Part shown: one piece after another, positions 1 through 8,866 of the stretch
How the letters are laid out: each line of letters starts with the position of its first letter
How positions within the stretch are numbered: position 1 is the stretch's first letter
Origin: Candidatus Moraniibacteriota bacterium
Lineage (GTDB): Bacteria > Patescibacteriota > Minisyncoccia > Moranbacterales > GWC2-37-73
DNA: 42,310 nucleotides
Direction of reading: 5' to 3'
NCBI GenBank assembly: GCA_038318455.1
Contig: JBBQCF010000003.1
Coordinates: 1-42,310 of the forward strand
The notes under the pieces: generated by a model
What the model was told of the DNA's origin: nothing
The model's database searches: none
What the model saw: the letters and a program-made list of their open reading frames with translations, nothing else
Made by a program: the position numbers and the translations under genes

Positions 1-141
1 TTCAAAGTAAAATCTAGTGATATTGCTGGCAATGAAGGAACCTCTACTGACTTTGCAGTACTCACACCAAAAAAGCGTGAAAACATCATTCAGATTATCA
101 TTGGAAACTTCACTGAAATCTTCGGCTGGGCAAAATTCTAA
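1..141 (+). CDS. 3' end of a partial CDS, probably a fibronectin-III/Ig-like surface protein
   Basis: Frame 1 is open from the window edge to TAA 139-141: FKVKSSDIAGNEGTSTDFAVLTPKKRENIIQIIIGNFTEIFGWAKF. The 'F-x-V-x-S-x-D-x-A-G-N' segment resembles the end of an FN3/Ig-like domain. Confidence 0.55.
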   Translation, partial: FKVKSSDIAGNEGTSTDFAVLTPKKRENIIQIIIGNFTEIFGWAKF

Positions 142-200
142 GTTGTTTGTTTTTATTAAAAATACTATAATATAGATGAAAATATAAAAAAAAAAAAAAT

Positions 201-1793
201 ATGCTTGATGTCTTAATAAAAAATGGAACAATTATTGACGGAACTGGTAAGCCCATGTATCGCGGAGATGTTGGTATTCGTGAAGGAATCATTACTGACA
301 TTGGTGATTTGCATAATGAACATGCAGAAAAAGAAATTGATGCTACTGGAAAATATATCTCACCTGGTTTTATCGATGTGAATAATCATTCAGATACCTA
401 TTGGAGAATTTTTCTTGATCCAGATTTGGAAAGTTTATTGTATCAGGGTGTTACGACTATTATCGGTGGAAATTGTGGATCATCCTTGGCGCCACTTGCC
501 AATCACGAAGTTATTAATTCAATTCAAAAATGGACTGACATGAAAAATGTTAGTTTTAATTGGCTTAGCATGAAAGATTTTCTTGCTGAAGTTGAAAAGA
601 AAAAGCTTGCACTTAATTTTGCAACACTAGTTGGGCATGGAACATTGCGAAGGGGATTGATTGGAGATGAAGTTCGCGACATCAGTCCTAATGAAATGAA
701 GACAATGAAAAAAATGCTGACCGAAGCTATGAAGCAAGGCGCGCTAGGTTTCTCAACTGGTTTGGTTTATACACATGCTAAATTGGCATCATCGCGAGAA
801 ATTGCAGAATTGGCCGAGATTGTAAAAAAATATAACGGAGTATATACAACTCACATTCGAGGAGAATCACATGATCTTATCAGGGCCGTGGAAGAAGCAA
901 TTCGTATTTCACAAACAACTGGCGTGAAACTTCAAATTTCACATCTTAAGGCAATGGGTAAAAAGAATTGGCCACTAATGGAGGAAGCATTGAATCTGAT
1001 TGAAACAGCAAGAACCAGTGGCATTGATGTGCATTTTGACGTCTATCCATACACTTCAACTGGTAGTGTGCTGTATATTTTACTTCCAGATTGGGTTACT
1101 GAAGGTGGTCGCCAAATGATGCTTTCTAGACTTAAAGACGAAGGAACAAGAAAGCGTGTTACTAAAGAAATGAAAGCTAGTGAAAATGATTATTCCAAGA
1201 TAACTATTTCAATTTCAGCCTTGGATAAATCCTTGAATCATAAAAAAATTACCGATATCGCCGAGGCGCAAGGAAAAACCGTGGAAGATGCAATTATTGA
1301 TGTGTTAATCGCCAGTGATGGACACGTTGTTACAATGATGGAAGTGCTAAGTGATAAGAATGTAGACAAAGCCGTGATTAATCCTTTTTCAATAGTTTCT
1401 TCCAACGGCTCTGGATATGATATTGAACATCGAAAAACAGGCGAAGTTGTGCATCCTCGAAATTTCGGTTCATTTCCGAGGGTTTTGGCAACCTATGTTA
1501 GGAGCAGAAGTGTTGTTGGTTGGGAGGAAGCTATTCGTAAAATGAGTGGATTGCCAGCAGAAAAATTTAATATTGAAAATCGCGGAGTTATTATTAAGGG
1601 AAATTATGCAGACGTGGTGGTTTTTGACCCAAAAACTATCAAAGATTTAGCTACAGTTGAAAATCCTTATCAATATTCCCAAGGCATTGATTGCGTCTTG
1701 ATTAATGGACAAATAGCTATGAATCATGGTATTATCGAAAACTTACGAGCAGGGGAAGTTTTACGCAGAAAGTCATCACTGTTTGAGTTTTAA
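201..1793 (+). CDS. N-acyl-D-amino-acid deacylase (D-aminoacylase) family amidohydrolase with atypical active site
   Basis: 530 aa; N-terminal IKNGTIIDGTG, PGFID, GNCG, THIRGE, ISHLK, DVYPY, HPRNFGSFPR and GNYADVVVFDP motifs. Confidence 0.9.
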   Translation: MLDVLIKNGTIIDGTGKPMYRGDVGIREGIITDIGDLHNEHAEKEIDATGKYISPGFIDVNNHSDTYWRIFLDPDLESLLYQGVTTIIGGNCGSSLAPLANHEVINSIQKWTDMKNVSFNWLSMKDFLAEVEKKKLALNFATLVGHGTLRRGLIGDEVRDISPNEMKTMKKMLTEAMKQGALGFSTGLVYTHAKLASSREIAELAEIVKKYNGVYTTHIRGESHDLIRAVEEAIRISQTTGVKLQISHLKAMGKKNWPLMEEALNLIETARTSGIDVHFDVYPYTSTGSVLYILLPDWVTEGGRQMMLSRLKDEGTRKRVTKEMKASENDYSKITISISALDKSLNHKKITDIAEAQGKTVEDAIIDVLIASDGHVVTMMEVLSDKNVDKAVINPFSIVSSNGSGYDIEHRKTGEVVHPRNFGSFPRVLATYVRSRSVVGWEEAIRKMSGLPAEKFNIENRGVIIKGNYADVVVFDPKTIKDLATVENPYQYSQGIDCVLINGQIAMNHGIIENLRAGEVLRRKSSLFEF

Positions 1794-1922
1794 TTTGCAT
1801 TTTTTGAATAATTTATAGGAGAATATTGTTTTTTGGATAATTTGCTAGTAGTAAATCCAAAATCTAAATGACAAATTTCCAATAAATGTTTCAAATCAAA
1901 TTTGAAATTTAGATTTTTTTAT

Positions 1923-3320
1923 ATGGATAATACTTTTTTTAAGAACAAGAAAATAACAGTAATGGGGATCGGACTACACGGTGGCGGTATTGGCACTGTG
2001 AAGTTTTTGGTTGCACAAGGAGCAAAGGTTATTGCAACTGATCTTCGAACAAAGGAGCAGTTGGCCACATCACTTGAAAAACTAAAAGGGATTAAGAACG
2101 TGCAATATGTGCTTGGCCATCATCGCATGGAAGATTTTTCAAATGTTGACATGGTGATCAAGAATCCAGCTGCCAAATGGACAGATAAACACATAAAATT
2201 TGCTATTGAATCTAAAGTGCCAGTAGAGATGGACTCCAGTCTCTTTTTTAAACTTTGCAAAAATAAAATAATTGGAGTCACTGGAACCAAAGGAAAAACA
2301 ACCACGGCCACACTTATATATGAAATGCTAAAAACAGCTGGAAAAAATCCTGTTAAAATTGGCATTGGTCAGGTTTCTGTTTTGGACAAATTAGCCTTAT
2401 TGAAAAAAGATTCTGTGGTGGTTTTCGAACTTTCTTCCTGGAGATTGTCCGCTTTGGGACAAGCAAAGCTTAGCCCGCATATCGCAGTTTTCAAAAATAT
2501 TATGCCAGATCATTTGAATTATTATGGCACAATGGAAAAATATTTCCAGGATAAGAAATATATTTATTTAAATCAAAAACCAAAAGATTGGCTGATTGTG
2601 AATAATGACGATGAGCTTTTGCGAGAGGCAACTAAGGATGCTAATGCTCAAGTGGTGCGTTTTTCATATGAGCCAATACAAAACTGCAAAGCTGTTTTTA
2701 TTGAAGATGAGATAGTGCATCTTAATAATGGTATTGATGTAAAAAAACTTATTGCAGTGAAGGACGTGTTGATTCCAGGAAGGCATAATCTCTCAAACGT
2801 GATGGCGGCTATTGGCGCGGTGTATGCCTATGGCTTAAGTGATTTAGAAATTAAAAAGGCCTTGCCATTATTGACTGGTGTTCCGCATCGTCTTGAATTT
2901 GTGCGAGAAGTTGCTGGTGTGAAATATTACAATGACACTGCTGCGACAATTCCTGATGCTGCAATTTCAGCGCTCAACTCTTTTGAAAAGCCGATAGTCT
3001 TGATTGCCGGTGGAACTGACAAAGAACTTGATTTTGAAAAATTTGCCGAAGAAGTTTTGGTGAGAACGAAAAATATTATTTTGCTTAGTGGAAATGCAAC
3101 GGAAAAAATTCTCACTAAAATTAGAAAAATTGCTACCGAAGATTTTGTGAAAAATATTACGGTCGTTGATTCTATGGAAGCAGCCATAACGCTTGCTCAA
3201 GAAAAAGCACAAGCTGGCGACGTGGTGGTGCTATCTCCAGGCGCGGCCAGTTTTGGATTATTTGCCAATGAATTTGATAGAGGGGATAAGTTTAGAGAAG
3301 CGGTTAAAAATCTCAAATAA
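1923..3320 (+). CDS. murD: UDP-N-acetylmuramoyl-L-alanine--D-glutamate ligase
   Basis: GIGLHGGG, GVTGTKGKTTT P-loop, ELSSWRL, PDHLNYY, HRLE, YYNDTAAT, LSPGAASF. ATG 1923 preferred over the TTG at 1902. Confidence 0.95.
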   Translation: MDNTFFKNKKITVMGIGLHGGGIGTVKFLVAQGAKVIATDLRTKEQLATSLEKLKGIKNVQYVLGHHRMEDFSNVDMVIKNPAAKWTDKHIKFAIESKVPVEMDSSLFFKLCKNKIIGVTGTKGKTTTATLIYEMLKTAGKNPVKIGIGQVSVLDKLALLKKDSVVVFELSSWRLSALGQAKLSPHIAVFKNIMPDHLNYYGTMEKYFQDKKYIYLNQKPKDWLIVNNDDELLREATKDANAQVVRFSYEPIQNCKAVFIEDEIVHLNNGIDVKKLIAVKDVLIPGRHNLSNVMAAIGAVYAYGLSDLEIKKALPLLTGVPHRLEFVREVAGVKYYNDTAATIPDAAISALNSFEKPIVLIAGGTDKELDFEKFAEEVLVRTKNIILLSGNATEKILTKIRKIATEDFVKNITVVDSMEAAITLAQEKAQAGDVVVLSPGAASFGLFANEFDRGDKFREAVKNLK

Positions 3321-3364
3321 ATTGAAAATACTTAGTTAGCATTATTGTAGCGGTGCTAGCACGC

Positions 3365-3393
3365 TTGCTTTTATTGTATTTATGTGCTATAAT
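3365..3393 (+). promoter_or_regulatory. sigma70-type promoter
   Basis: TTGCTT-17 bp-TATAAT with an extended -10 TG. Confidence 0.6.
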
Positions 3394-3411
3394 TACAATA
3401 AGAGGTTAAAT

Positions 3412-3446
3412 AAAGGGTGTTTCCGCTTGCGGAGCATCCTTTTCTT
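3412..3446 (+). terminator. terminator-like hairpin just upstream of the CAP gene
   Basis: AAAGGGTGTTTCCGC-TT-GCGGAGCATCCTTTTCTT. Confidence 0.5.
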
Positions 3447-3454
3447 GCAAAAAT

Positions 3455-4231
3455 ATGAACATTCAAATAAAAAACAAAAATTTATACAAAAAAGCCTTAT
3501 CTGCAGAGTTTTTTCTGGTTATTTTTTTGGTATTTGTTTTTTCTATCGGCTTTGCCAAGGCAAGCGATCTTACACCAAATGCAATCATTGAACTTGTTAA
3601 CAATGCCAGAAAAGAAGCTAGCACAAGAGCTCTTGCTCGAAATGATTCATTGCAAAAAGCTGCTGAAGAAAAGGCTCAAGACATGCTTGATAATAATTAT
3701 TTTGCCCATGTCTCTCCACAAGGAAAATCTCCTTGGTTTTGGTTTGAAAGTGTTGGCTATGATTACAATTACGCTGGTGAAAATTTAGCTATTAATTATA
3801 AAAATGCCGAGGAGGAGCAAACTGCTTGGATGAACAGCCCACTTCATCGCAAGAATATTTTGAATCCAGCATATCAGGAAATTGGCGTGGCAGTGAAAGA
3901 GGGAACGATTGATGGTCAAAAAGCAATAGTTGCAGTGCAAATGTTTGGGTCCAAACTTCCAGAAATCATAACCACTAATAGTCAACAAACAGCAACAACT
4001 AATGTGGCTGGCATTACCGGAGTTTCTATAAATAACAACAGTGCATTGCAAAATATTTCTGTTAAGCTTGATCCAATGGAGTTTTATAGGAACAATAAAG
4101 TTGTATTTTTTGGCTGGCTTATTGCAATTAGTATAGCTTTTATTATTATTATACTTGATGTTTTAGCTTTGTTTCACAAAAAACATGAGCAATTGTTTAT
4201 TCTGCATGATGCCAGAAAAAGACATATTTAA
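3455..4231 (+). CDS. CAP (SCP-like) domain protein, secreted or membrane anchored
   Basis: N-terminal TM/signal; LVNNAR, KAQDM..YFAH, AGENLA, WMNSPLHRKNIL, EIGVAV; C-terminal TM helix. Confidence 0.9.
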   Translation: MNIQIKNKNLYKKALSAEFFLVIFLVFVFSIGFAKASDLTPNAIIELVNNARKEASTRALARNDSLQKAAEEKAQDMLDNNYFAHVSPQGKSPWFWFESVGYDYNYAGENLAINYKNAEEEQTAWMNSPLHRKNILNPAYQEIGVAVKEGTIDGQKAIVAVQMFGSKLPEIITTNSQQTATTNVAGITGVSINNNSALQNISVKLDPMEFYRNNKVVFFGWLIAISIAFIIIILDVLALFHKKHEQLFILHDARKRHI

Positions 4232-4262
4232 ATTATTGTATGATTTAAATGGGCAGTAAATA

Positions 4263-4300
4263 TGAAAACAGGAAGCACTAAGTGCATTTCCTGTTTTTCA
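4263..4300 (+). terminator. intrinsic terminator
   Basis: GAAAACAGGAA-GCACT-A-AGTGC-ATTTCCTGTTTTTC hairpin after the CAP gene. Confidence 0.7.
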
Positions 4301-4366
4301 ATTTTAGTTCTATAATACAAATAATAAGATCAAAATCAAACGTGTCAGTTATTAAACTAATTGATA

Positions 4367-4395
4367 TTGACTTAATGTTTATTTTGTGTTATACT
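4367..4395 (+). promoter_or_regulatory. sigma70-type promoter of an orphan two-gene operon
   Basis: TTGACT-17 bp-TATACT with an extended -10 TG. Confidence 0.7.
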
Positions 4396-4452
4396 CATTT
4401 ATCTTGTTCTTTTTATTTTCAAAAGCAGCACAAATAAATCATGGAGGTGGTT

Positions 4453-4611
4453 ATGTTGATCAAGACATCGGAAGAGGAATTTATCAGAAGAAAGTTGAAA
4501 AAAAGTGCCAAAGAATGGTTGGCAAAAAAATATCCAACCTGTGAAATTGAAAGAAATATTGCTAAATCAGCCCCGGTTATTATTAATCACCGAAGAGATG
4601 CATTGGCGTAG
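4453..4611 (+). CDS. small basic hypothetical protein (52 aa, not in ORF track)
   Basis: GGAGGT SD at 4443-4448, ATG 4453, MLIKTSEEEFIRRKLKKSAKEWLAKKYPTCEIERNIAKSAPVIINHRRDALA, TAG 4609-4611. Confidence 0.6.
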   Translation: MLIKTSEEEFIRRKLKKSAKEWLAKKYPTCEIERNIAKSAPVIINHRRDALA

Positions 4612-4647
4612 TAGATTTAGATTTTATCTAAAAAAGGAGAAAAGATT

Positions 4648-5022
4648 ATGTCAGTTTATTCAGACGCAGCAATAAAAAGTGGTCGAGTGATGTGGGAATT
4701 TCCAATGGAAGAATTGTTTCCTGATCTTTGTGGCGATGATATTGTCATGCGCCATGCGGATAAAAAATCTGTTTCAATTGAAGAAGTTGGTTTTATTGAA
4801 GATTTTATCTACGGTGAAAGGGTCAGCGGATTCGAGGGAGATGTGCCTGACGAATATGAGCTTAATTGTGAACAGCTCAAGCTTATTAATTTTGAACCTT
4901 TGCTGGAAATGCAGAATTCTCATATGCGAGTTACTAGTAGTTTCAAAATAGCTAGTAAATTGATGAAAAAAGGTTTCAATGTTATGTTGCTCATGGCAAA
5001 CGGGGCAGCTGTGTGCCTTTGA
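4648..5022 (+). CDS. hypothetical protein (124 aa, acidic)
   Basis: AAGGAG SD upstream and a terminator downstream; no family recognised. Confidence 0.65.
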   Translation: MSVYSDAAIKSGRVMWEFPMEELFPDLCGDDIVMRHADKKSVSIEEVGFIEDFIYGERVSGFEGDVPDEYELNCEQLKLINFEPLLEMQNSHMRVTSSFKIASKLMKKGFNVMLLMANGAAVCL

Positions 5023-5039
5023 AAAGAAAAAATGCAATT

Positions 5040-5080
5040 AAAAGGTGATAAACTCAACGAGTTTGTCACCTTTTTTCTTT
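5040..5080 (+). terminator. intrinsic terminator
   Basis: AAAGGTGATAAACTC-AAC-GAGTTTGTCACCTTT followed by a T tract. Confidence 0.8.
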
Positions 5081-5092
5081 ATATGAAAAGGC

Positions 5093-5121
5093 TTGAAATA
5101 AAATCAAAACTGCCATATACT
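5093..5121 (+). promoter_or_regulatory. murA promoter (probably gives a leaderless transcript)
   Basis: TTGAAA-17 bp-TATACT ending 6 nt before ATG 5128. Confidence 0.6.
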
Positions 5122-5127
5122 GTTTGT

Positions 5128-6399
5128 ATGGCTAATAATGATTATTTTCAAATACAAGGAGGCAAGAAGCTTTCTGGAACCATTGATGTGCGGGGGTCGA
5201 AAAATGCGACCACGCCTATTTTGGCTGCCACACTTTTAACTAGCGAGGAATGTGTTATTTCAAATGTGCCACTTATCGAAGATGTGTATCGCATGTTGGA
5301 AATTTTGGAAAGCATGAATGTTGCCGTTTCCTGGGAGGGAGAAAGGACTATTAAAATTTGCGCTAAAGATTTAGATGCAAGTAAAATGGATCTTCATACT
5401 GTGAAAAAACTTCGTTCCTCTATTTTGCTATTGGGGTCACTTAGCGCGCGCTGCGAAAAATTTAAGATTGCTCATCCGGGTGGTTGTACAATTGGCAAGC
5501 GTCCAGTTGGAACACATTTTGATGCGCTGGAAAAAATGGGCGTACATATTGTGCAAGAGGAAGATTCTTATTTTGTTGACACTAAAGAAAAAAAATCAGC
5601 CAAGGTTGTGTTGCAAGGTTTTTCGGTGACCGCTACTGAAAATGCTATGATGCTAGCAGCTGCATTGCCAGGAAAAACTGTGATTAAGATTGCTGCAGCA
5701 GAACCACACGTGGAAGATTTGGGAAAATTTTTAATTGCAATGGGCGCAGAAATTAAGGGTCTTGGAACACATACCCTGGAAATTATTGGTAATGTTAATT
5801 TGCATGGAGCTCGACATGAAATTCTTCCTGATGCTAATGAAGCAGCAACATTTTTGATTTTAGGTGTGGCAACAAAGAGTCCAATTCGTGTTGAGAATGC
5901 GCGCGAAGAAAATTTGGATTTGGTTTTGGAAAAACTTAGGGAGTTCGGAGCTGAATTCAAAGTGGAAGAAAATGCTATTGAGGTTATTCCATCTGATAAA
6001 TTGAAAGCGATTGAAAAAATTGATACCAGAACATATCCTGGAATTCCAACTGACATTCAAGCGCCGCTGGGAGTTTTGGCGACGCAAGCAGTGGGTGAAA
6101 CCATGATTTTTGATACTATGTTTGAAGGACGGTTTAATTATTTGAGCGAGCTTGAAAAGATGGGCGCTCGAGTGAAAATTCTCAATCCTCATCAAGCCTT
6201 GATTGCTGGACCAAAAAAACTTAAGGGATCTGCAATTAAAAGTTTTGATTTGCGCGCTGGCGCTTCACTTATTATCGCAGCGCTTTGTGCAAATGGAACT
6301 TCAACTATTGAAGAAATTTATCAAGTTGATCGAGGCTACGAAAAAATCGAAGAACGTTTACAAAAATTGGGAGCAGAGATAAAAAGAGTTTCGAAATAA
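5128..6399 (+). CDS. murA: UDP-N-acetylglucosamine 1-carboxyvinyltransferase
   Basis: GSKNA, LRSSI, PGGCTIGKRP (active-site Cys), SVTATEN, EPHV, YPGIPTDIQ, DLRAGA, IDRGYE-like VDRGYE. ATG 5128 chosen because the longer ORF runs through a terminator. Confidence 0.96.
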   Translation: MANNDYFQIQGGKKLSGTIDVRGSKNATTPILAATLLTSEECVISNVPLIEDVYRMLEILESMNVAVSWEGERTIKICAKDLDASKMDLHTVKKLRSSILLLGSLSARCEKFKIAHPGGCTIGKRPVGTHFDALEKMGVHIVQEEDSYFVDTKEKKSAKVVLQGFSVTATENAMMLAAALPGKTVIKIAAAEPHVEDLGKFLIAMGAEIKGLGTHTLEIIGNVNLHGARHEILPDANEAATFLILGVATKSPIRVENAREENLDLVLEKLREFGAEFKVEENAIEVIPSDKLKAIEKIDTRTYPGIPTDIQAPLGVLATQAVGETMIFDTMFEGRFNYLSELEKMGARVKILNPHQALIAGPKKLKGSAIKSFDLRAGASLIIAALCANGTSTIEEIYQVDRGYEKIEERLQKLGAEIKRVSK

Positions 6400-6615
6400 T
6401 TTTTTCTTTTTGTCCTTGAAGAGTACTTCAACGGAAAAAATAAAAAATCATGCTCACTATTGATATTTATAATTTCTGTTCGAGAAATTGCTTATTTTAA
6501 TAAGAATGATGTTTCAATGGAAGAAGAAGTGGCGGAATTTAAAAATGAATTATAAATTTATATTTTGAATATTGATTAAAAATTTCAAATTTCAAATTAA
6601 AAATTTCTTACGGAT

Positions 6616-7623
6616 ATGTTTATACGAAGAATTGGAATTGATTTAGGAACTGCTAATACTTTGGTTTTTATTCCAGGAAAAGGAATAGTTGTTAATGAAC
6701 CGTCGGTGGTGGCTATTTCGCCGATAGAAAATATTGTATTGGCAGTTGGTAATGAGGCCAAGGACATGCTCGGAAGAACTCCTGACACCATTGTGGCATC
6801 TCGTCCAATGAAGGATGGGGTGATTGCTGATTATCGTGTGACGGAAGCGATGCTTCGATATTTTATTAATAAAGTTACTGGCAAGGTGCGAATTTTTAAG
6901 CCAGAAATTATGATTTCAATTCCGGCTGGCGTGACTTCAACTGAACGTCGCGCTGTGATTGATGCAGCCGTGAAAGCTGGAGCAAAATCAGCCTACGTTG
7001 TGAAGGAACCTCTTTTGGCTGCTATTGGTGCTGGTATTCCAATTCATAATGCTTCTGGCAATATGATTATCAATATTGGTGGTGGAACTTCTGAAATTGC
7101 TGTGATTTCCTTGGGGGGCGTGGTGGCTGCGCACAGTGCGCGCGTGGGTGGAAATAAGTTTGATCAAGCTATTTCTGATTATATCAAGCGAAAATATGGC
7201 TTGGCAGTGGGAGATAGAACAGCTGAAGATATCAAGAAAGAAATTGGTTCTGCGATTGCGCAAGTTAAAGAAGAGCATATGGATGTGAGAGGGCGAGATT
7301 TGATGGGCGGTCTTCCGAAAACTATTAAAATTTCTTCTAATGAAGTCACTGAAGCTTTGCAGGATGAGCTTCGCGAAGTTATTAATGCTATTAAAAGAGT
7401 TTTCCAGGAAACCCCACCGGAACTGGCTGCAGATATTATGGATAAAGGCATGATTCTTTCAGGAGGTGGAGCATTGCTTCGCAATCTTGATCAGCTCATC
7501 ACGAAGACAATTGGTGTGCCTTGCTATGTGGCTGATGATCCATTGTTTTGTGTGATTAAGGGGATTGGAATCGCACTAGATAATCTTGATGTGTACAAGA
7601 GAACGATTACTCTTGCTAAGTAG
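6616..7623 (+). CDS. mreB: rod shape-determining actin homologue MreB/Mbl
   Basis: IGIDLGTANT, NEPSVVA, RPMKDGVIAD, IGGGTSE, VGGNKFD, LSGGGALL. Confidence 0.96.
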   Translation: MFIRRIGIDLGTANTLVFIPGKGIVVNEPSVVAISPIENIVLAVGNEAKDMLGRTPDTIVASRPMKDGVIADYRVTEAMLRYFINKVTGKVRIFKPEIMISIPAGVTSTERRAVIDAAVKAGAKSAYVVKEPLLAAIGAGIPIHNASGNMIINIGGGTSEIAVISLGGVVAAHSARVGGNKFDQAISDYIKRKYGLAVGDRTAEDIKKEIGSAIAQVKEEHMDVRGRDLMGGLPKTIKISSNEVTEALQDELREVINAIKRVFQETPPELAADIMDKGMILSGGGALLRNLDQLITKTIGVPCYVADDPLFCVIKGIGIALDNLDVYKRTITLAK

Positions 7624-7762
7624 TCTATTTGCAAGAATACCTTCTTATTTTTATCACAGAAAAACAATTGCAACTTTTTATAATGACATTAAGGATGCTT
7701 GTTTTAAGTGAAAAAAGAAAAAAGTATTCTTTAAGATAAGTTTTTTAGATTGTAAGGTGGTT

Positions 7763-8842
7763 ATGAAAATTGGAATTGATGCTTCCAGAGCATTTTTAAA
7801 GCAAAGAACTGGAATCGAAGAATATTCGTATCAAGTTATACAGAATCTAAGAGATCAGCTTAATGATCATCAGGTTATTTTATATGTGCGCAAGAATCAG
7901 CGAGTAGACTTTGATTTGCCTGAAAAATGGAAAGTGAAAAAAATAAATTTCCCAAGATTATGGACGCAGCTTGGACTATCACTTGAAATGTTTTTACATC
8001 CAGTGGACACATTGTTTGTGCCTGCCCATACTGTTCCATTTATTCATCCCAAAAAGACTATTGTTACTGTGCATGGGTTGGAATATGAATTTTGTCCAGA
8101 AGCTTATTCTCGCTTTGCACGTTTTTATATGCGTCTGACAATAAAAAAGTCATGCCAGTGGGCAAGTGAAATAATTTCAGTTTCAGAGAATACTAAAAAA
8201 GATTTGATTGATTTATATAAAGTTAATAGTGAAAAAGTAGCTGTGATTCATGAAGGATATGAAAAAAATCTCAAATCTCAAATCTCAAATCTCAAGAAAA
8301 TAGATCGCAAGAAACCATACTTGCTTTTCATAGGCAGGATAGAAGAAAGAAAAAATATCAGTAACATTATCAAGGCATTTGAAATATTAAAAGAAAAATA
8401 CAAAATTCCGCATGGACTTATTTTGGCTGGAAAAGCTGGGCATGGCTACGAAAATTTTAAATTTCAAATTTTAAATTTCAAATTCAAGGACGAAGTCCTT
8501 GAGCTTGGATTTGTTAGTGAGCAAAAAAAATGGGAATTACTCAAAAATGCAGACGTTTTTGTTTTTCCGACACTCTATGAAGGGTTCGGTATTCCAATTT
8601 TGGAAGCGCAAAGTGTGGGCGTGCCAGTGGTGGCTTCGAATAATTCTTCAATTCCTGAAGTTACTGGTGACAGTGCGCTGCTAGTTGACTGTGAAAGCTC
8701 TGAAGATATAGCTGAAAATATATTTGAGCTTATCTCGAATGAAATCTTGAAAAATGCTATAATATCCAAAGGACTGGAAAATGTAAAAAGATTTGATTGG
8801 GCAAGTTGTTCTAAGTCAATTGCGGAAATATTAAAAGCATAA
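7763..8842 (+). CDS. glycosyltransferase family 4 (GT-B)
   Basis: MKIGIDASR, TGIEEY, VTVHGL, FIGRIEERKNI, FPTLYEGFGIPILEA. Confidence 0.92.
   Translation: MKIGIDASRAFLKQRTGIEEYSYQVIQNLRDQLNDHQVILYVRKNQRVDFDLPEKWKVKKINFPRLWTQLGLSLEMFLHPVDTLFVPAHTVPFIHPKKTIVTVHGLEYEFCPEAYSRFARFYMRLTIKKSCQWASEIISVSENTKKDLIDLYKVNSEKVAVIHEGYEKNLKSQISNLKKIDRKKPYLLFIGRIEERKNISNIIKAFEILKEKYKIPHGLILAGKAGHGYENFKFQILNFKFKDEVLELGFVSEQKKWELLKNADVFVFPTLYEGFGIPILEAQSVGVPVVASNNSSIPEVTGDSALLVDCESSEDIAENIFELISNEILKNAIISKGLENVKRFDWASCSKSIAEILKA
8266..8293 (+). repeat. in-frame heptamer array (AAATCTC)x4
   Basis: Four perfect copies, read as NLKSQISNL within the GT4 protein. Confidence 0.9.
8452..8486 (+). repeat. in-frame heptamer array (AAATTTY)x5
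   Basis: AAATTTT AAATTTC AAATTTT AAATTTC AAATTCA, read as NFKFQILNFKF. Confidence 0.85.
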
Positions 8843-8866
8843 AAATGTTATATTAAACTTGAAATT

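Noticed and set aside
5032-5127. N-terminal extension of MurA in the ORF track
   Set aside because: It overlaps a terminator and a promoter; MurA similarity starts near ATG 5128.
6400-6555. Open frame continuing in-frame after the murA stop (possible readthrough)
   Set aside because: The stop is TAA, MurA is already complete, there is no convincing start, and the region contains a hairpin; likely chance.
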